DNA of 63,995 bases, the filler included, from Sphacelaria rigidula (taxonomy: Eukaryota), in assembly GCA_964200075.2 (NCBI GenBank). It is 3 parts of 3 records of this genome, joined end to end, with 100 filler letters (N's around TTAATTAATTAA, not from the genome) between each part and the next. Parts side by side here need not be neighbours in the genome. Positions count along the whole stretch, not along the records: positions 43,303 to 63,995 come from CAXNAA020000501.1; 2 more parts are not named here. The stretch is one strand, 5' to 3'. Below, in pieces: positions 59,418 to 63,995 of this stretch (the first letter of the stretch is position 1; each line of letters starts with the position of its first letter). Both the position numbers and the translations under genes were made by a program. The notes beneath the pieces were generated by a model. It ran no database searches. It saw only the letters and a program-made list of their open reading frames with translations, and had not been told where the DNA came from.

Positions 59418-61986
59418 GCACACGTCCATGTAATCGGGGGGTATCCCTCTCCGCAACGCGTCATCCGAGAGGAGATACTTTCCCTCAGAAGTTGCATCTG
59501 CCAGCGGATCGTTCATCAACACCTTCGGGAACGGCGGGAAGTAGAATGACAAGCGAAAAGTCATCCTACATGAATACCCGATAGATATACACTCGACACG
59601 AAGCGAGATCATTGTAACAAGTAATGCAGCGTCGACAGCATTTTTGTTTCCCCCCAGTAGACTTGAGAATTTTGACGAATGGGAGGCCATGCACGCAGTG
59701 CCTGACATCCCCGCCGTTGCGGCGAAGAAAAATCAGGGATGAATGCGTCGCCCGGGAAGGGTGGACAGCACCGCACGGTGATAAGCGGTGAGTACCGGAT
59801 GTATGCACCCAAGAAATTCAGCGCAGGCGTAGGGGACGGACGCGAGACGTGGAGCGGTCGACGTACACACAGTGTGTCGTGTAATTGTCCTGAGCGGCGG
59901 GGGCACTCGAGGCTCCCCGAACCTCACCGGGTACGCACCGATAGGACAAGCACTACGTTGAACGCCGTCACCTCAGACTCACTTCGATACCAGCCCCTTG
60001 CATTGCTCGCGCGACCGGTAGCCCGGTGATTTCCAGCAAGTTTCCCGGCATCTCCACCAAGCGGAATGAATGCCTAACGTGTCTCGGTCAACCGCACGAA
60101 GGGAGGGAGGCGGTGGGGCGCGGGGGGTGGAAGAAAGGACGCGAACATGAGATGGACGTATCGCCCGTTGCCGTTGGACAGTGTTACGCTTCCACAGCGA
60201 TGCCCTGAATCCTTTTGGAACCAACCCATTGACGATTTTTTTGTTTGTGAATCGGCATCATTTTCAGTCATCATTAAGTCAAAATGATGCCGATTCACAA
60301 ACACAAAAGTCGTCAATGGGTTGGTTCTCAAAGGGTTAACAGCAGTGCTGAAAATATGCTCTCGACAGAAGACGTTTCGCTACTTACTTCTCTGGCAGCC
60401 TTGTCCATTACTGGGACCATCCAGGACAGAGTAACATCAAAGAGGAGGCACAAGGCAGTCCCGGCCGATGCCAACGAAGTCTTCAGAGGTTTCAAGTGAT
60501 GAGGGCAGCTTGTTTGCTTGCGAAATTACCCCTTTGGTGTCTTTAATGCACGTATCATGGGCCCGAAATGTGGGCGGTCAAAGAACGAACGTATGGGCAC
60601 AAGACGTGCAGCAAACCAAGCAGGTGGTGAGAAAAGGTCGTCGACTCTAAGCAGTAGGGCACAGGACAAGAAAAATTCACTATGGGCAAACTGCTACAAG
60701 AAGAATAAAAATACACGATATAAACACAGGACGCACACGCACATATCTCACCGTTTGCGACCGGCCCTGGACGCAGCTGTCTCAGCACAACGGACGAGCT
60801 TTTCCCACGACACGTGCAGGTTGGCCGATGGAAGCGACAAGCTGTTACAGCTCACCCCGTACACGAACCCGCCCTCCTCGGCCCCCGCTCTCTCCTCCAT
60901 GGCCTCAAAAAGCAGCGTCAGTTCCTCGTACAGTTCTCCCCGAGCGTCGGCCAGTTGGGCCTTGTTCGGCGCCTCCGGCATTGACCTGGCGTCTTCCCCG
61001 CCCTCCTCCTTGAATAGCCCTGTCAAGCCCAGCTTCGCAGCGAGATTCGCTTCTGGGTGTTCTATGAGGTAGGCGCCCAGATTCGTGCGCTGCAAGTTTA
61101 GCCGGTTCATTGACCCCTTCAATTCGCTTCGAAAGAAATCGGCATGTAAGGAGTGGGAGAGGTCTGGTGTGACCTGTACTAGCCCGGGCGCACCCGATTC
61201 AGTCTGGCCGTGAGAGGTACAGTGGGAGGGGGGAGGGGGATAACGCCATTGAATGGATCAGGAGTATAGCTCTAGATGGTGAAATTCGTAGGGGTTCAAA
61301 AAGGCTCCTTCCGAATTGTTTAAGCGTAGCGTCACTTCCACAGCAACACCAAAATATCCCAGCTGCGTGTACAAACAACAGACCGGGGAAAGTCGTGTTC
61401 CATCGTTACCGCACGCCTGATTCTCACAGCTTCGCCGCAGCTACAGGGTTGTACTGACTGTACCACACGTGTAGCAGGGAGCGTGTAAACCGACGGTCCA
61501 GCATCTTGCGGATGGCACAGAGGCAATTGCACGCACATATGTTCCGAAAGTAGAGCCCGAAGGCTGCGAGCCGTAACCTTTGCACTGCAGATTGCACCCA
61601 TGCAACGCATTTTACTTCCACCATCAGAGCATGACCTGATCGAGTAGGCCGTTCGTTCGCAGGGTGCACGGTGTGCTTTGAAGAAAAGTACGATCATCCC
61701 AAACGACAATTATCATGTGTTTTGTCCAAGTTTAGCCTGTTTTCCGATAGACGTTCTGCCTCTCAACCACAATATGACTACGCGTTTTTGTGGTGGTATT
61801 GACAGCAACGTCGGCGCAGCAGGCGCAATGATGATTACCATGGGGTGCTCACCGAAGCATACCCGAACTTTGAGATGACGGTTACATCCTTGACGTCCAC
61901 TCTTCCGGATCTGCTCCAGCCGTTGAGCACATGCCCTACCAACTTCTCGCTGTTCCCTCCCGTGTAGTTTGCGCTGGTTTCAATAA
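56011..61986 (-). CDS. Aldo/keto reductase superfamily protein; 7 exons found, 5' exons not located
   Basis: Exons 61986-61853, 61203-60752, 60073-59983, 59522-59416, 58689-58614, 56824-56666, 56247-56011 are all GT-AG and phase-consistent. AKR motifs IETSANYTGGNSEKLVG, VISKFGY, ELKGSMNRL, YLIEHPE, YGVSCN, FRLVEMPGNLLE, VLMNDPLA, AVRWLTEQPGVSCVVADM. Confidence 0.88.
56666..56824 (-). CDS. AKR exon (GCRLLQQ...SAAMLQ)
   Basis: tcgcag acceptor, gtgagc donor. Confidence 0.85.
57254..57482. mobile_element. hAT-type MITE
   Basis: CAGGGCTCTTTACGTTACA...TGTAACGTAAAGAGCCCTA, 8-bp TSD GGAATTTC/GAAATTTC, subterminal AACGT repeats. Confidence 0.85.
58614..58689 (-). CDS. AKR exon (EALEHFNLEIPDGREPTEGEEEIRE)
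   Basis: acgcag acceptor, gtgaac donor; restores phase 0. Confidence 0.75.
59375..59415. repeat. (CA)n microsatellite abutting an AKR splice donor
   Basis: About 20 CA units; the donor GT is the first unit on the - strand. Confidence 0.95.
59416..59522 (-). CDS. AKR exon (VLMNDPLA...DYMDVC)
   Basis: ccgaag acceptor after a pyrimidine tract, gtgtgt donor, phase 2. Confidence 0.85.
59983..60073 (-). CDS. AKR exon (HSFRLVEMPGNLLE...GAGIE)
   Basis: cgttag acceptor, gtgagt donor. Confidence 0.88.
60210..60335. mobile_element. piggyBac-type hairpin MITE (126 bp)
   Basis: TGAA|TCCTTTTGGAACCAACCCATTGACG...CGTCAATGGGTTGGTTCTCAAAGGG|TTAA, arms of about 55 bp. Confidence 0.85.
60752..61203 (-). CDS. 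AKR exon (TESGAPG...YLIEHPE...YGVSCN...AGRK)
   Basis: ggccag acceptor, gtgaga donor, phase 2. Confidence 0.9.
61853..61986 (-). CDS. AKR exon (IETSANY...ISKFGYAS)
   Basis: tttcag acceptor, gtgagc donor; carries catalytic Tyr and Lys. Confidence 0.9.
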
Positions 61987-62042
61987 CTGAAAATCATTCG
62001 TAGTATTATAGAACGCGGAGGCCATACGTGAAGAGTTGAGAA

Positions 62043-62215
62043 CTGATTATTTTTGATTGATTGATTGATTAATTGATTGTCGCACTTTAACTGACCTCCG
62101 ACGGATCCAACCGTGGTCACATGATATATGTACCCGAGACACACCAAAATTGAAACGCTCGCTGAAGAAAAACAAGGAACGGAAAAAGTCGAGAAGAACG
62201 GCATAATACTAGACC
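62043..62215 (-). mobile_element. (ATCA)n-tailed retroposon copy
   Basis: (TTGA)n-TTGTCGCACTTTAACTGAC on the + strand. Confidence 0.8.
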
Positions 62216-63507
62216 AAGAACTGGGTGCTAGTTTAATTGAGTACTTGCAGATAACTGGTGGAACTGGAGGACTGTTCGGTAGCGCTTTCAGTTTTTCAAG
62301 ATGTCCTTCGACACATTTGCCACTTTCACTGCATTCTTGAACACGCTTGTCATGACCCAGTGGGTATTCCTGACACCATGCCTTATTTCAATGATCTTGA
62401 AGCATGCTGTTCAGTACTCACGGTGCGCCGTGGTGTGTTTCCTCTCATCACGTGTTTTATTAACTTTATTTCAGTTGACAGAAATTAATGACACTTTCCA
62501 TTTTTCCATACATGAATCGTCCTTATTCCAAACATGAAAGAAAACATTTTTGATTCACCGATTGCATGTTCCAAGCGTCGTTGCGGGCTGGCTAGGACTC
62601 AACACGACTCTGAAGGGATGTGAAACCAAATGGTGATTTTTTTCGCCTCCGGTGGAGTCCTGTCACCAGCGCGCGCCGAGGGGGGGGGCGTTATCGCGAC
62701 TCCTCCGCGTTGCCCTATGGGGTAGTTCTGACGGGGGTCGCCGGGCGACTTCGCCGCCTCCGGCAACCGTGCCGCCAGTCATTCAGTTGCAACTGATGAC
62801 TTACCGCAACTGCATAAGATGCGCATGAACTACGGATCGTGCATTGCAAGGACGAAAAATACTGAAAAATATCGATGGACTTCGCAAGCGGGCCACTTTC
62901 CCTTGTCTTGGAGTCGTCATTGGCGAAGTCAAGGGCAGCATTCGAATATTTTCCTCCCTTACCCGCTTTCTCTGGCGCATTGATGATAGTAACCCGCAGC
63001 AGTTGCAAGAATCCACACGCCGCACAGATCATGATCCGTCTGCAAATTACCTCTTCTCGGTATACTGATCCGGATCACGATCCGTATTATTTGGGCCGCC
63101 TTTTCCACGTTTACTCCTTACAGCGCCGGACGCGGAGCACGCCGAGTAGCGCAAAGGTTGCGCTTTGGCTTTCCTGACTCCAAGGTCACATATTATGTGC
63201 TTTTAGACCAAGAGATTCCAGAGTCTTCTTTGATGAGTTGTTTCAGACAGATCATGATCTGTCCCACGTGTGCAACGATCCCACGGGCATTGGTTTTTGG
63301 ATGTGTTTGAGCATCCATTCTTCAAATGTCATCGCCGCACCCCGGTGGTCTCACTTACATTAAAATGGGACAACTGGCAGCATTAGGGCGGGGAAAACGC
63401 GGATTCAATGCTCGCTAGATGCGTCTAGCTTTGTATGTTTCTCGGAAGCATTTGATTTTTCGTCGTGGAAGTGTAAGGGCGTGGGTAGGAAAATTAGCCT
63501 GGTTGGG

Positions 63508-63608
63508 TGAGCTGATCCGAATTGGGCTACCGAAATGTAAGGCGGGTACCGGGGGAAAGGTGGGTCGCTTCCTTGAGACCACGGACATTCCCGAGGAAGG
63601 GGAGGAGT
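63508..63608 (+). mobile_element. tRNA-SINE 3' fragment
   Basis: GTACCGGGGGA..GAGACCACGGAC..CCCGAGGAAGGGGAG body. Confidence 0.7.
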
Positions 63609-63995
63609 TAGGAGTGTGTGCGTGTGTCTGTGTGTGTGTTTCTTGCCATCTATTCTGGACGCTAGTCCACACCTTTTGGATATATGGGCGCACCAGCCGG
63701 GGGAAAACAGGAGGGTGGTCAACACAGAAGTTTTTTTCCCTCCTGTTTTAGTACTCCACTTCCCTTCTGCGGTGATTGCCTTATTTTGACACCTTGGAAT
63801 GCCTTTCTCTACTCGTTGGGGCGTTCCGAGACGCCTCTGCGTCTTGGTGGCCACAGCATTTGTTTTTGGCTAAATCAAGTGTCTGTCGAAAGAAAATTTT
63901 CGGACACGGAGTCGCCCCCGCCCCCCTCCCAGTTAGCCTGGTCCGGCGAGAACCCGGCGTGCTCCGTCCCGGCTTTGTAGGAGCGGACCCCCGAT

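Noticed and set aside
816..61986. Functional cluster linking one-carbon metabolism, DNA repair and a reductase
   Set aside because: The genes are separated by TE-rich DNA and SHMT lies on a different contig; no evidence of co-regulation
62715..63400. 5' exons of the AKR gene or a THAP-like remnant
   Set aside because: No open, phase-1-ending exon with the expected AKR N-terminal motif; other resemblances too weak

Overview
Intron-rich eukaryotic nuclear DNA. Long introns, short exons, A/C-rich acceptors and abundant MITEs suggest a brown alga or related stramenopile (inference). The window joins three contigs through artificial N-TTAATTAATTAA-N linkers at about 21.6 kb and 43.2 kb. It holds three host genes reconstructed by splicing: (1) a complete 12-exon, 503-aa serine hydroxymethyltransferase with a likely mitochondrial presequence (+, 816-20992); (2) a 3'-truncated FBH1-like F-box/UvrD helicase with an unexpected N-terminal HIRAN-like segment (-, 51040 to at least 44340); (3) a 5'-incomplete aldo/keto-reductase-fold gene with a non-canonical catalytic tetrad (-, 61986-56011). 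The rest is mobile DNA: a full-length but inactivated Ty1/copia element (33206-40094) with TG..TA LTRs and an in-frame captured MITE fragment, a decayed piggyBac-like transposase, many MITEs (PIF/Harbinger-, Tc1/mariner-, hAT- and piggyBac-type), a tRNA-derived SINE, an (ATCA)n-tailed retroposon, and a repeat family ending in poly(C). I cannot demonstrate a new multi-gene system. The strongest novelty candidates are the HIRAN-F-box-helicase architecture, the altered AKR, the MITE capture in copia, and the poly(C)-ended repeat.
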